Source: Promethearchaeum syntrophicum (GTDB lineage Archaea; Asgardarchaeota; Lokiarchaeia; Sigyniarchaeales; Promethearchaeaceae). From it: a DNA stretch of 32,000 bases. The notes beneath the pieces are model-generated. The model made no database searches. It was not told the DNA's origin and saw only the letters and a program-made list of their open reading frames with translations. Location of the stretch: contig NZ_CP042905.2 in assembly GCF_008000775.2 (NCBI RefSeq), positions 1,740,001 to 1,772,000 on the forward strand, given 5' to 3'. A program made the translations under genes and the position numbers. Shown here in pieces: positions 8,446 through 17,446 of the stretch (positions are counted from its first letter, which is position 1; every line of letters starts with the position of its first letter).

Positions 8446-9681
8446 TTAGGATATCGGGGGCGAAAATGCAAATTCGGAAAAAATCACAGGTTGGGGAGGC
8501 ACTTCCAAAGATGGGGATATCCCTTTGAATGTTTTTTCTATAGCGGGAATTCCAAATGCCTCAAGATATCTTGAAGGTTGTGTAAATTTGGAAAAGATAT
8601 TTTTATTTTTAGTGATAAATTCCGATGTCCTTCTGTGTTTTATTTTTTGGCTGATGGGATTGTTATGAATAACAAGAATTGGAACTTGGGGTTTAATGGC
8701 GATCAATGGTTTTGGCTCTTCTATTATCGGTTCTGCATGTAATTTCTTCGTCTTTTCTTGGATGGTTTCCTCCGGGATAACCACATGCATTGTATTATCT
8801 AAATGGGATAAATATTCTTGATATTTTTGTTTGAGGATATTAATTTTTACATTTTTTATATGGGAATATACCGTACTCGCGGTGATTTCCAAACTTTCAG
8901 AAATTTGGAGAATGGAGGCAACTTTTTCTAATGATAAGATCCTGAGAGCGATGGAAACAGCACTCGCCGCAATAACTCTACTCTTAAAGCCCAATCTTCC
9001 TTCGAAGTTTCTCGCGATTTTGAACGCGATCCTTCTTACTTCCGATGATAATCGAAGATCCTGACACGCTTTGGAGATATTTTGATGAATCATCATCTTC
9101 AAGGTTTCCGCTTTTTCTTTGAATAAATCAGGAAGTTCATTGGAAATCGCCTTTACACAGATGAAAAATTCGCGATGATCAATATTTTGCTCCGCTAAGA
9201 GGGTTTTTAGCGAGATATTTTTTAATTGTTGAGACATCACCACATAATAGATAGTAGTACAAAATAAGTGCGTATTTCGAGACTTGGTATGTTTTTTGAT
9301 TTTAGGAAAAATCTTGAAAAAGAAATCCATAAACAGTTTAATATCGGCTGCTATTCCGAATTTAGCGATTAATGTGTTAAAGAGTACACGGGCTTCGGTT
9401 TTCTCGTCTTTGGATAATGATCTGTTGATCTTATGTAAGCGGGCAAAATTAATGTGACTGTTCTTTATTTTTCGTTCTGAATCATTGCCTATCTGAGTCC
9501 CGTTTAACAAAAGAGCATGAGTTTGGAATGCATTGCCATTTTTATCAGTTTTGAACCCTCCAATATTATATTGGATTACAGGGCCTTCTACCGTTAATCC
9601 ACATCCACGACATACGAAAAAGCCGTCGGATTCTGCGATCTGTGAAGATCCGCATTCTTGACATTCGAAATTTGCGATCAT
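8446..9681 (-). CDS. tfb: Transcription initiation factor B (TFB/TFIIB-like) with C-terminal extension
   Basis: N-terminal zinc ribbon CQECGSSQIAESDGFFVCRGCGLTVEG. Cyclin-fold segment SSEVRRIAFKIARNFEGRLGFKSRVIAASAVSIALRILS...ITASTVYSHIKNV. About 110 aa extra C-terminus. Confidence 0.85.
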   Translation of the reverse strand: MIANFECQECGSSQIAESDGFFVCRGCGLTVEGPVIQYNIGGFKTDKNGNAFQTHALLLNGTQIGNDSERKIKNSHINFARLHKINRSLSKDEKTEARVLFNTLIAKFGIAADIKLFMDFFFKIFPKIKKHTKSRNTHLFCTTIYYVVMSQQLKNISLKTLLAEQNIDHREFFICVKAISNELPDLFKEKAETLKMMIHQNISKACQDLRLSSEVRRIAFKIARNFEGRLGFKSRVIAASAVSIALRILSLEKVASILQISESLEITASTVYSHIKNVKINILKQKYQEYLSHLDNTMHVVIPEETIQEKTKKLHAEPIIEEPKPLIAIKPQVPILVIHNNPISQKIKHRRTSEFITKNKNIFSKFTQPSRYLEAFGIPAIEKTFKGISPSLEVPPQPVIFSEFAFSPPIS

Positions 9682-9702
9682 TTTTCTTCCCCAAAATTTA
9701 AG

Positions 9703-9712
9703 GATATATTAC
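9703..9712 (-). promoter_or_regulatory. TATA box for the TFB-like gene
   Basis: Minus strand TAATATATCC about 26 nt upstream of the ATG at 9681. Confidence 0.5.
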
Positions 9713-10122
9713 TTTGAAAATGATCCCAATATAAAGCCCACCACCAACCCCTCCATGCGTCGCCTCATGTTCGCAGTTTTGACATTTTTCACCCTAACCA
9801 AAAACCCTTGAAAAATTTTTTTTTAATGGATGGGATTTAAAAAATATCGATCTTTAAATAAATAAACTACAACATAACAAAAAAATCCTTTCCGTAGGGG
9901 GAAAATGTAGCGGAAATATTTCTCCATCTATCTAAGAGTTACATTGGAGATTTTTTATCCTCTATTTTTGCGGGTATGCCTAAAACCAGATCGCCATCCC
10001 ACATCATAATATTCTAGCTTTATATTTAAAATACGAGAAAAAAAATCCAAAGAATTAACGTGGAGTTCCAATAATGTAAGAAAAAAAAAACAAAAAAAGA
10101 GGGCGGGGGTGTTATCCTCTGT

Positions 10123-13100
10123 TTATATGTGGGTTGATAAAATTTTCTGATATATTTTCTGTTTATTTTTGAAAATTATCCCACTCACACCCGCTCCAAC
10201 CGATCCAAGGGAAAGAATTGTTTCAATAATATAATTTCCGATTTTCGTCGCCTTCTTTTCAGGCACTATTTCCGATAAATCGAGGACATTAACGTAAAAA
10301 AACCCTGTTTCAGGATATTTTAGGTAATATTTTCCATCAGAGGTAGAAAAGTGATACGTATAGTTTCCAATATCAAGATCCAGATCATATTTGAAAATTT
10401 TATTTTTTGCATCATTTCCGTTGAGAGCGTGCATCGAATAAGTGGCTCCATTAATAGTTAGGTTGACATATTCGGCGGAGTTCTCTTGATTATCCGAATA
10501 CGATATCAGAAATTCAAAGTGATTTTCAACATTCGATAAAGTCTCACTATGTAAAATTGGAGGCGTATCCCCAAGGAAAAGAAAACGTGTCGAAATATTT
10601 TCCAAAAAATCAAAATTGAAATCCCACACTAGGGTATAGTTTTGATTTTGGTGCAGGTGGTCGGATATATCACAATTCCAATTTATCACCTCCTGTTGGT
10701 GATCAACCGCCATAGCCCCAACTTGATAAAAAGCTATAAAATTAGCTTCATCATCATATAAATAGAGTTCGGGGATTACTTTGGAGGCCAAAGATTCGGG
10801 GCATTCGACTGATAACTGCGACGCCACCGTATCTCCATTCGATATTATTTCTGCATTTCTGAAAAAAGGAATAGAAACGTCTACTGAAAAGGGATACGAG
10901 TAATTGGTTTCTCTAAACGTGAAATCAAAGGATATCCCCCAAGAGTAGGGATCAAATTCATCGAATTGGGGCATCACTTCACAAGCCGCCATAGATCCCA
11001 AAGAAGCCCAATTAGTAAAATCGGTGTCGTAGCCTCTAATACTCAAGTTATCTACCGAGATCACGGAAGAGATGGAGCTAAATTGTGCGAGATATGTATA
11101 ACTTTCCCCCAAGATTTGATTTGGCGGGATATCCATGTACACCTTGATATGGCCATCTTTAAGTAGTTGGGAAACAAACTTCACATCATCTTCAGGATAA
11201 TGATCTTGGGTTATAATGTATTGGATTAGATCCCGTATTTGTACATGCGACGTTTCAGAAATTAAATCGACATAAGAACATTCCATTTTATCCATTAATA
11301 CTAATAACTCGGTCTTTTCTTGGATTGAACAAGCATCCCATTCATTTTCGAATGCAAACACTAAATAATTTTTCAATTTTTCGGCATTAATGCCATTGCC
11401 CCCGAGAATTTCTTCGATAGACACAACATATTTTAAGGCTTGAAATCTCCCAATATTTTTATTTTCAATTGACTCAGAACAATTCACATACCAATAATCA
11501 CCGTCCTCCATGATGAACTGTTCACAATATGAAAGAATTGAACTAATCTCTGGTAACGTATAATAATCATAGAGGTCATTCAAAACATCGTAATTTAGTA
11601 GAAATTGTTGGGATTGAAGGGCATAAAATGTAGATTCGAGATTCCCGCACACCATTTCTTCAGGTGAATTACTAAAAAAACCTTCGGAAGTTAATTTGCC
11701 ATGAATCCACCAGATAAAATCATCGTAATCCGCTCCAGCAGCAGCGGCAAAGTTTTCTAGCAATCCGAACTCATTCAGAAGACTAAGAGAAAAATAATTC
11801 GTGGCTATCGGATAATATGTCCATTCATTCCAATTTCGCATAATTTTATAACTTTGATCCTGCACGTTAGTTGAAATATTTCTCAGATCGCCGAAATAGG
11901 TGGCAAACTGTCTGGACATAACCAGATCAAAAATCTGACTCTCATTGATTCCAGCATATTTGAGCGATTTAAACTTTAGATAATCCCCTTTCGCCGAGTT
12001 CCAGATATTTGATATATATGTTCCGCCTCCTTTTTCGGTCAGAAAGGAATCATAATAATCAATATATTTAGACTCATCCACCAAATTCCACACGCCTATA
12101 TTGGTGAGATAGTTCACGATTAAAAATTGCGAAAACAGATCATCCCCAGGAACGTCTGATGCCCAATAAAAATAATTATATTCCCGATCCAATCTTGTCT
12201 GGTCAAGCAGATTTGCCGAAATTAAGGTATTTTGGCAATTGTATATATCGGGAAATTGTGCTTCTGCCTCTAAAATTCTAATACAATCCCCCAAAATAGC
12301 GGTTCCGTAGTAGGTGATGATATCTGGGGATGCTTTATCATTCCATTGACTGTAAAAACAGTGAGTACTCGGATTGTTTAATCCATTATCCAACACAAAA
12401 TTAATAAAATTATCTTTAACTCCAGAAAAATCCCCCTCAATCATTTCAATCGTGTTTAATGCCAACCACGACGCATAGAAGAATTCCCAACCCACAATTA
12501 CATCTTCGGAATATTCACTAAAGGCTCCATTTCCGAAAGGAAGGATTTCCAGTGATCTTTGTCTACTCGCAATAAAATTCCCAATTACATTTTTTTGAAA
12601 AACAGAAAAGATAGTTGCATCAAAATCGTTGAGAGCCAATAACGCTTCGACAGAATAATAGGTTTCTAATAATGTAGAATTTGGTGAATATAAGCTTCCA
12701 AACCCTCCATCCACATTTTGCGTTCCCCAAATACCAGAAATCCAATTCGAAACCTGTCCCCCAGAAAAAGCAGCGAGGCGATCACATTTTTTTAACACGA
12801 CCAACGCCATTTCATGGGTGATTTCAGGGGTATAAGGGGCCAATAGAAGTTCTCTTCCGTCGGGATAGCCTTCATTATAATAGGTATAGTTAATATTTTC
12901 TTCGAATACTTCCGTCTGGGCATTATAGTGACTGGTCAGATAGTCCAAAATTTTATCTGCGTGGAGGGCGAGGCGACTTGGATCGATGTCATAGAGCGTT
13001 GACACAACATAATACGTAGCGATAATGGAGGGAGGTCGATCGTAAATAATGTTATCATTTTCTAAATATTCGTAAAAATCGGTGATGATTTCGGAATTAT

Positions 13101-13332
13101 CTAGCAGGTCGGGATTCGGAAGTGATTGAAAAATAATATTTTCTCCTGTTACGTCGCTCGGTAGGGGAAATTTAAGTATGTCATTTTCGGTTGAATTGTA
13201 CGGATAGTTTGGTTCGGATGATTCCAAAAGATTATATTCGGATCCAGCAAGATTTCCACCCATAAAAATATTCCACCCAAATACCAAAAAACATACAATG
13301 AGGATTTTTTTTTTTAGATGATGATTGTTCAT
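10123..13332 (-). CDS. Secreted, C-terminally membrane-anchored protein with prenyltransferase/terpene-cyclase-like alpha-alpha toroid repeats (1069 aa)
   Basis: N-terminal signal segment KKKILIVCFLVFGWNIFMGG. Repeats such as SNWISGIWGTQNVDGGFGSLYSPNSTLLETYYSVEALLALNDF. C-terminal hydrophobic helix IIETILSLGSVGAGVSGIIF followed by basic residues. Confidence 0.7.
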   Translation of the reverse strand: MNNHHLKKKILIVCFLVFGWNIFMGGNLAGSEYNLLESSEPNYPYNSTENDILKFPLPSDVTGENIIFQSLPNPDLLDNSEIITDFYEYLENDNIIYDRPPSIIATYYVVSTLYDIDPSRLALHADKILDYLTSHYNAQTEVFEENINYTYYNEGYPDGRELLLAPYTPEITHEMALVVLKKCDRLAAFSGGQVSNWISGIWGTQNVDGGFGSLYSPNSTLLETYYSVEALLALNDFDATIFSVFQKNVIGNFIASRQRSLEILPFGNGAFSEYSEDVIVGWEFFYASWLALNTIEMIEGDFSGVKDNFINFVLDNGLNNPSTHCFYSQWNDKASPDIITYYGTAILGDCIRILEAEAQFPDIYNCQNTLISANLLDQTRLDREYNYFYWASDVPGDDLFSQFLIVNYLTNIGVWNLVDESKYIDYYDSFLTEKGGGTYISNIWNSAKGDYLKFKSLKYAGINESQIFDLVMSRQFATYFGDLRNISTNVQDQSYKIMRNWNEWTYYPIATNYFSLSLLNEFGLLENFAAAAGADYDDFIWWIHGKLTSEGFFSNSPEEMVCGNLESTFYALQSQQFLLNYDVLNDLYDYYTLPEISSILSYCEQFIMEDGDYWYVNCSESIENKNIGRFQALKYVVSIEEILGGNGINAEKLKNYLVFAFENEWDACSIQEKTELLVLMDKMECSYVDLISETSHVQIRDLIQYIITQDHYPEDDVKFVSQLLKDGHIKVYMDIPPNQILGESYTYLAQFSSISSVISVDNLSIRGYDTDFTNWASLGSMAACEVMPQFDEFDPYSWGISFDFTFRETNYSYPFSVDVSIPFFRNAEIISNGDTVASQLSVECPESLASKVIPELYLYDDEANFIAFYQVGAMAVDHQQEVINWNCDISDHLHQNQNYTLVWDFNFDFLENISTRFLFLGDTPPILHSETLSNVENHFEFLISYSDNQENSAEYVNLTINGATYSMHALNGNDAKNKIFKYDLDLDIGNYTYHFSTSDGKYYLKYPETGFFYVNVLDLSEIVPEKKATKIGNYIIETILSLGSVGAGVSGIIFKNKQKIYQKILSTHI

Positions 13333-13436
13333 AGGAGAAAAATATCTTAGGAATATATAATACGCAAATTTTTACACTTTTGCTTCTTAAATAATAATAG
13401 CATTTTAATAGATAAGACAAGGAAGCTTACTCCCCT

Positions 13437-13703
13437 ATGATTAAAAAATTATCAATCGAAGTCGAAAAAGGCAAATTCACGGAATATCTCTTCGATGAAT
13501 CGAAATTATATAGGTTTCAAGATCTCCCTACCGAAGCTCAGGTAGAAATTTTAACTGCGGTACAGATTCTTTACAATTTAAGACTGATTCCGGAGGACGT
13601 CTTCAGAGATAAATATTTACACTTAATCGAGGAACACAGCGTTTTTCTGCATATGATGGATGATCTTGCAGACACCGGGGCTAAACCCTCGAACAACTCC
13701 TGA
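13437..13703 (+). CDS. Hypothetical small protein (88 aa)
   Basis: ATG-start ORF in the gap between the divergent 10123-13332 gene and 13787. Confidence 0.6.
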   Translation: MIKKLSIEVEKGKFTEYLFDESKLYRFQDLPTEAQVEILTAVQILYNLRLIPEDVFRDKYLHLIEEHSVFLHMMDDLADTGAKPSNNS

Positions 13704-13750
13704 CATATCTCAGATAGATAACATCGTATTTAGAGGTGCAATAATGTTTT

Positions 13751-13766
13751 TTTTGCTTTTATAAAC
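13751..13766 (+). promoter_or_regulatory. TATA/BRE region for 13787 operon
   Basis: ttttgcttttataaac, identical to the minus-strand element at 6739-6754, about 25 nt upstream of the ATG at 13787. Confidence 0.65.
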
Positions 13767-13786
13767 AGATACGCAGTATTATCTTT

Positions 13787-15019
13787 ATGCGAAACCCCGT
13801 CAAAGTGGAAATTACGGCTCTGCTAATCATCTCTAGTATGTTATTGCTAACCTTGTCAAACTGTATTATTTTTAGTGGTTCCGTGCAAGATACCGACGAA
13901 ATGGATAATACCGATACAGCCATTTACCCATCACTTCTTTATGATTCCGTCGAATTTTTTCCCGAAGGGAGCAATGTTCTTACTTTAAACCATTCCTTTC
14001 AAAAAGACTGGATCTATTACTTCTCCTTTGAATCTTACGTCCCTTTCTCAGATATTTTTACATTGGATGTCTTCTGTCAAACGCCTGCCAGTCGTAATTA
14101 TCATTTCTTTGATTATAATATCTCCATTGAAAATGATATTACTAAAATTTACTTTGAATACGGGGCAACCGAATCGGGGGATTATCTTATCACTATCGAG
14201 GTCACCACCTCCCAAAATATCAATCTTCATATCTTTCTCGAAGAATATATGCCTTTAGATGCTTATTATTCCAAATTTAACACCATTCCGCTGAACGAAA
14301 GCAGCTTATTTTCGGATATTCATCAATATTCGCTGTTAAAAAACGACATGGAATATGAATATCCTGTGAAAGATGATGTGGCGTACAAATTTAATTTTTT
14401 TCGGGTAAATCCGATAAGCCTTACGGATATCACCGAAAATCTCTTTGAAAATCCCACGGTGGAAATGAAGGTAACCTTAGATGAAATCGAATACGAAATA
14501 TATCGCACCATTCCTACTCTTGATTATTCTCTGTATGGAAATGTTGAAAATGAGGGCTTTTTTGATTTAGAGCGGAATTTTATCAATGATACATTCACCG
14601 AACGGTTTGGAGCTCATTGCACGGGAAATTTAACCATCGATATTACTCTCGAAGGCTTTATTCCATTTGATCTCAATTTTGCGTTTTTAGTATGGGAAGT
14701 CAGCGACATAGGAAATGGGACGGATGGAGTGGGCGAAACCGATAATAGCACTATTCCCAACCCCTTTGATAGTGACGATACAGAATTATATAATAAGACT
14801 TTAGCAAATACTTTAGATTCATGGTTAGCAAGTATCGGGTTTTTCATTGAAAGTAACTGGTGGACGATGGTTATTGTGGTAGGGGCTTTTTTAATTTTCA
14901 CGCTCATCAATGGCAAATACAAATTCGTATTCAAATCTCAAATCAACAAATTCAAAGATCGCAGTGGCAGTGATGTGTACGATATGAGGGAAGAAACTCT
15001 CCAGGAGGCTACGAATTAA
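13787..15019 (+). CDS. Exported protein with C-terminal transmembrane anchor
   Basis: N-terminal hydrophobic segment ALLIISSMLLLTLSNCIIF. Large beta-rich extracellular-like region with NxS/T sites. C-terminal TM segment WWTMVIVVGAFLIFTLI followed by basic residues. Confidence 0.8.
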   Translation: MRNPVKVEITALLIISSMLLLTLSNCIIFSGSVQDTDEMDNTDTAIYPSLLYDSVEFFPEGSNVLTLNHSFQKDWIYYFSFESYVPFSDIFTLDVFCQTPASRNYHFFDYNISIENDITKIYFEYGATESGDYLITIEVTTSQNINLHIFLEEYMPLDAYYSKFNTIPLNESSLFSDIHQYSLLKNDMEYEYPVKDDVAYKFNFFRVNPISLTDITENLFENPTVEMKVTLDEIEYEIYRTIPTLDYSLYGNVENEGFFDLERNFINDTFTERFGAHCTGNLTIDITLEGFIPFDLNFAFLVWEVSDIGNGTDGVGETDNSTIPNPFDSDDTELYNKTLANTLDSWLASIGFFIESNWWTMVIVVGAFLIFTLINGKYKFVFKSQINKFKDRSGSDVYDMREETLQEATN

Positions 15020-15904
15020 ATGGGGTTCTTTCTCAATATGGTAATTGTTTTTATCGTAGGCAAAGCAATAGTTAAACTTTTTACTATGATCGTGTTCAGG
15101 GTGCGATTCCTAAGATCTCCTCTCCGTAGGATCTTACGCATCGGGGTAATATTTCATGAACTGAGCCATTTTGTTATTGCAAAAATGTTATTCATCCCGG
15201 TAAGGTTTTCCGATATTAACTTCCATACAAAAGACGGAGGAGGGGTAGTGACTGTTTTTATTACTGAAGAATTTACCAAAAGGATCAGTTTTCTTAAAGA
15301 TTTATTGATTGCTGTCGCCCCACTTTGGGTAGGAAACTGTGTTATCATGGAGCTCTATCATATCTTTTTCACGACCGATGCAATAGGGCTCCAAATTGTG
15401 TCTGTCTTATTCACGGTTATTATTTTACTCGTGTGTATCCCGTCCCCCTCCGATATGAAAAATTTAGTCAATACAATATTTTTCAAGCCCTATGTGGCTA
15501 TGAAGCAAATTATTTTCCTAGTGATATCTTTCTTGATATATAATCTTTATTTCGATTTCTTCTATCAATTCGCGCCCATGTATCCCTATCTCTTTGAATT
15601 TCTTATGTTACTAGTGATAGTTGGGAGTTTGGAGATATTCTTCGTGATTTTCAAGTTTGTCATGATTAAGCTTTTTTCCATCACGGCGAACAAACCTATC
15701 GGATTTTATAAAGGGGGGTCAGGGAATGTTAGGGAAATGTTTCCATCGAGAAGACAAAGAAGGAAAAATCGAAAAATGTCCCGTTCAGAGTTATTTACCC
15801 TTTTACCTTATGATGATGAAACCGCAGCGGAAGAATTTGCCCAAGCAATGATTGAAAACAATGCCATGATGATAGATATTGAAAACGCCGAGGAAGAAAA
15901 ATGA
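15020..15904 (+). CDS. Polytopic membrane protein with HExxH motif, putative M50-like metalloprotease
   Basis: GVIFHELSHFVIAKM (HExxH at a membrane helix), several further TM segments, and a later PSPSDMKN segment. Start abuts the previous stop. Confidence 0.65.
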   Translation: MGFFLNMVIVFIVGKAIVKLFTMIVFRVRFLRSPLRRILRIGVIFHELSHFVIAKMLFIPVRFSDINFHTKDGGGVVTVFITEEFTKRISFLKDLLIAVAPLWVGNCVIMELYHIFFTTDAIGLQIVSVLFTVIILLVCIPSPSDMKNLVNTIFFKPYVAMKQIIFLVISFLIYNLYFDFFYQFAPMYPYLFEFLMLLVIVGSLEIFFVIFKFVMIKLFSITANKPIGFYKGGSGNVREMFPSRRQRRKNRKMSRSELFTLLPYDDETAAEEFAQAMIENNAMMIDIENAEEEK

Positions 15905-16662
15905 GTCACAAAGACCAATTCAAAAAAAACCCTAAAATATTCATTCATCCTGCTTACCCGATTTTTTTGGAGGGTGTCTTTAGATATGCAAAACAGCAAG
16001 AAATAAAAATAATTTTGAGTGAAAAAGTCGGAGATGCTGTTGATCTGCCCAACCTAAGAAAAAAAATGGGGCTGATTGAAATTTCTGATAATGTAGCTGT
16101 ATTAATACTAACGAAAAACTCCCTTCCTAACGAAATTGCCGATTTTGGTGAGTTCAAGAATTTTCTCCTAGGGTTTTCTGAATCTTACGCATCTCCCATT
16201 ATACTTCTGCAAGGATATCCGAAATGTCTGGAGGGCAAAGATCCCAAAATAGTTTTAGCGATCCAGGGAACTTTCATGAAATTATTTTTAGATGAAGGCG
16301 TCGGAGTTTTACCTACCCGATCCCTTTTGGATACAGCACTTTGTTTAAGGAGTGTTGCCAAACGGGTACAAATTATTGATAAACCCCCATCTCTAGCACG
16401 AATCAAACCAAAATTTTCTAAATCGATTGATGCTCAACACTTTTTTTTGGAAGGATTAATGGTATCAGGACCGAAAACTTCGCTTAATTTAAGTGATAAA
16501 TTTGACAGTCTGTTTGATGTAATTAAAGGAATACAGGAATCCCAAGTCATTTTTACGAAAACGGGGAATCCCAAAGGAGTTATTGGTCCGATTGAGGATA
16601 TAGAGGGTAGCAGTATTGAATTTGTTCGCCAAAACAAGATTATGCTTTTTGATGAATTATAA
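15901..16662 (+). CDS. ERCC4/XPF-like domain plus helix-hairpin-helix protein, probably catalytically degenerate
   Basis: Overlaps the preceding gene by 4 nt (ATGA). Segment GVGVLPTRSLLDTALCLRSVAKR resembles the ERCC4 C-terminal core. DAQHFFLEGLMVSGPKTSLNLSDKFDSLFDVIKGI resembles HhH2. No ERKxxxD found. Confidence 0.6.
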   Translation: MSHKDQFKKNPKIFIHPAYPIFLEGVFRYAKQQEIKIILSEKVGDAVDLPNLRKKMGLIEISDNVAVLILTKNSLPNEIADFGEFKNFLLGFSESYASPIILLQGYPKCLEGKDPKIVLAIQGTFMKLFLDEGVGVLPTRSLLDTALCLRSVAKRVQIIDKPPSLARIKPKFSKSIDAQHFFLEGLMVSGPKTSLNLSDKFDSLFDVIKGIQESQVIFTKTGNPKGVIGPIEDIEGSSIEFVRQNKIMLFDEL

Positions 16663-16717
16663 AAAAAATAAGTGGTTTAAACTTTTAAGGACAAATTTGA
16701 TTATAAAATTAGAATGA

Positions 16718-17260
16718 GTGAATTATATGGAATGGCATGAATGGGTTCTTTGGATAATTGCAGTGTTGGGTTTTCTCCTCTCATTAATAAATGGCATTTA
16801 TAACATAAAAAAATCAACACCACGCTTAAGAATCACGTTTGAGGCGAAAGATTCAAAAATGATAATATTGAAAAACTTAAGTGATGAGATTTTTATCATT
16901 AGAACATTAAAATTTATTTTATACAAAAAAAAATATAATTATTATCTATTTCCAGTGAATGGTGATTTTACATTTAGTAGTTTTAGCATTCCTCCAAAAA
17001 AAGTGAATTATAATGATGTACATGATTTCTATGAATTGAATAAATATATTAAAACTCAAAAATTGAAATATCCAATAAAATACAAAATAGAAGCATTGGA
17101 TGATTCAGATAAAAAATATTACTCGAAAACGAGAATTCTAATATCATCCGATGAAGAAAAGTATGATTTAGATGATAGATTATTTCATTCCTTTTTCACT
17201 GCTCAATTTCGGGTTTTTTTCTTGAGGATAAAAAATTATTTAGAAAAATATAAAAAATGA
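16718..17260 (+). CDS. Hypothetical protein with one N-terminal transmembrane helix
   Basis: WVLWIIAVLGFLLSLINGIYNI TM segment followed by a basic and beta-rich soluble domain. Non-ATG start in the ORF track; an internal ATG is possible. Confidence 0.6.
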   Translation: MNYMEWHEWVLWIIAVLGFLLSLINGIYNIKKSTPRLRITFEAKDSKMIILKNLSDEIFIIRTLKFILYKKKYNYYLFPVNGDFTFSSFSIPPKKVNYNDVHDFYELNKYIKTQKLKYPIKYKIEALDDSDKKYYSKTRILISSDEEKYDLDDRLFHSFFTAQFRVFFLRIKNYLEKYKK

Positions 17261-17446
17261 TCCATATTCATGGAACTGATCAATAGGTGTTCCTCAACTC
17301 TGCCACAACTACCTCTTATCTTCAAATTATATCTTATCCCTACGGGAACAGCTTCTCTATAATGATCGAAGTTTTTTGAGTTCATAACAGATAAAAAAAA
17401 AGCTACATAAAAAATCAAAAATAAGGTCAATTTCATTGGAATTTCT

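Noticed and set aside
9720-10122. Long intergenic region checked for tRNA/ncRNA
   Set aside because: No tRNA-like T-loop, acceptor pairing or strong hairpin could be supported by eye; an Infernal or tRNAscan-SE run would be needed.
17236-17436. 66-aa minus ORF with hydrophobic N-terminus just downstream of the HerA-like gene
   Set aside because: Overlaps the 3' end of 16718-17260 and is too short and unsupported to call, though it could be a small membrane protein.
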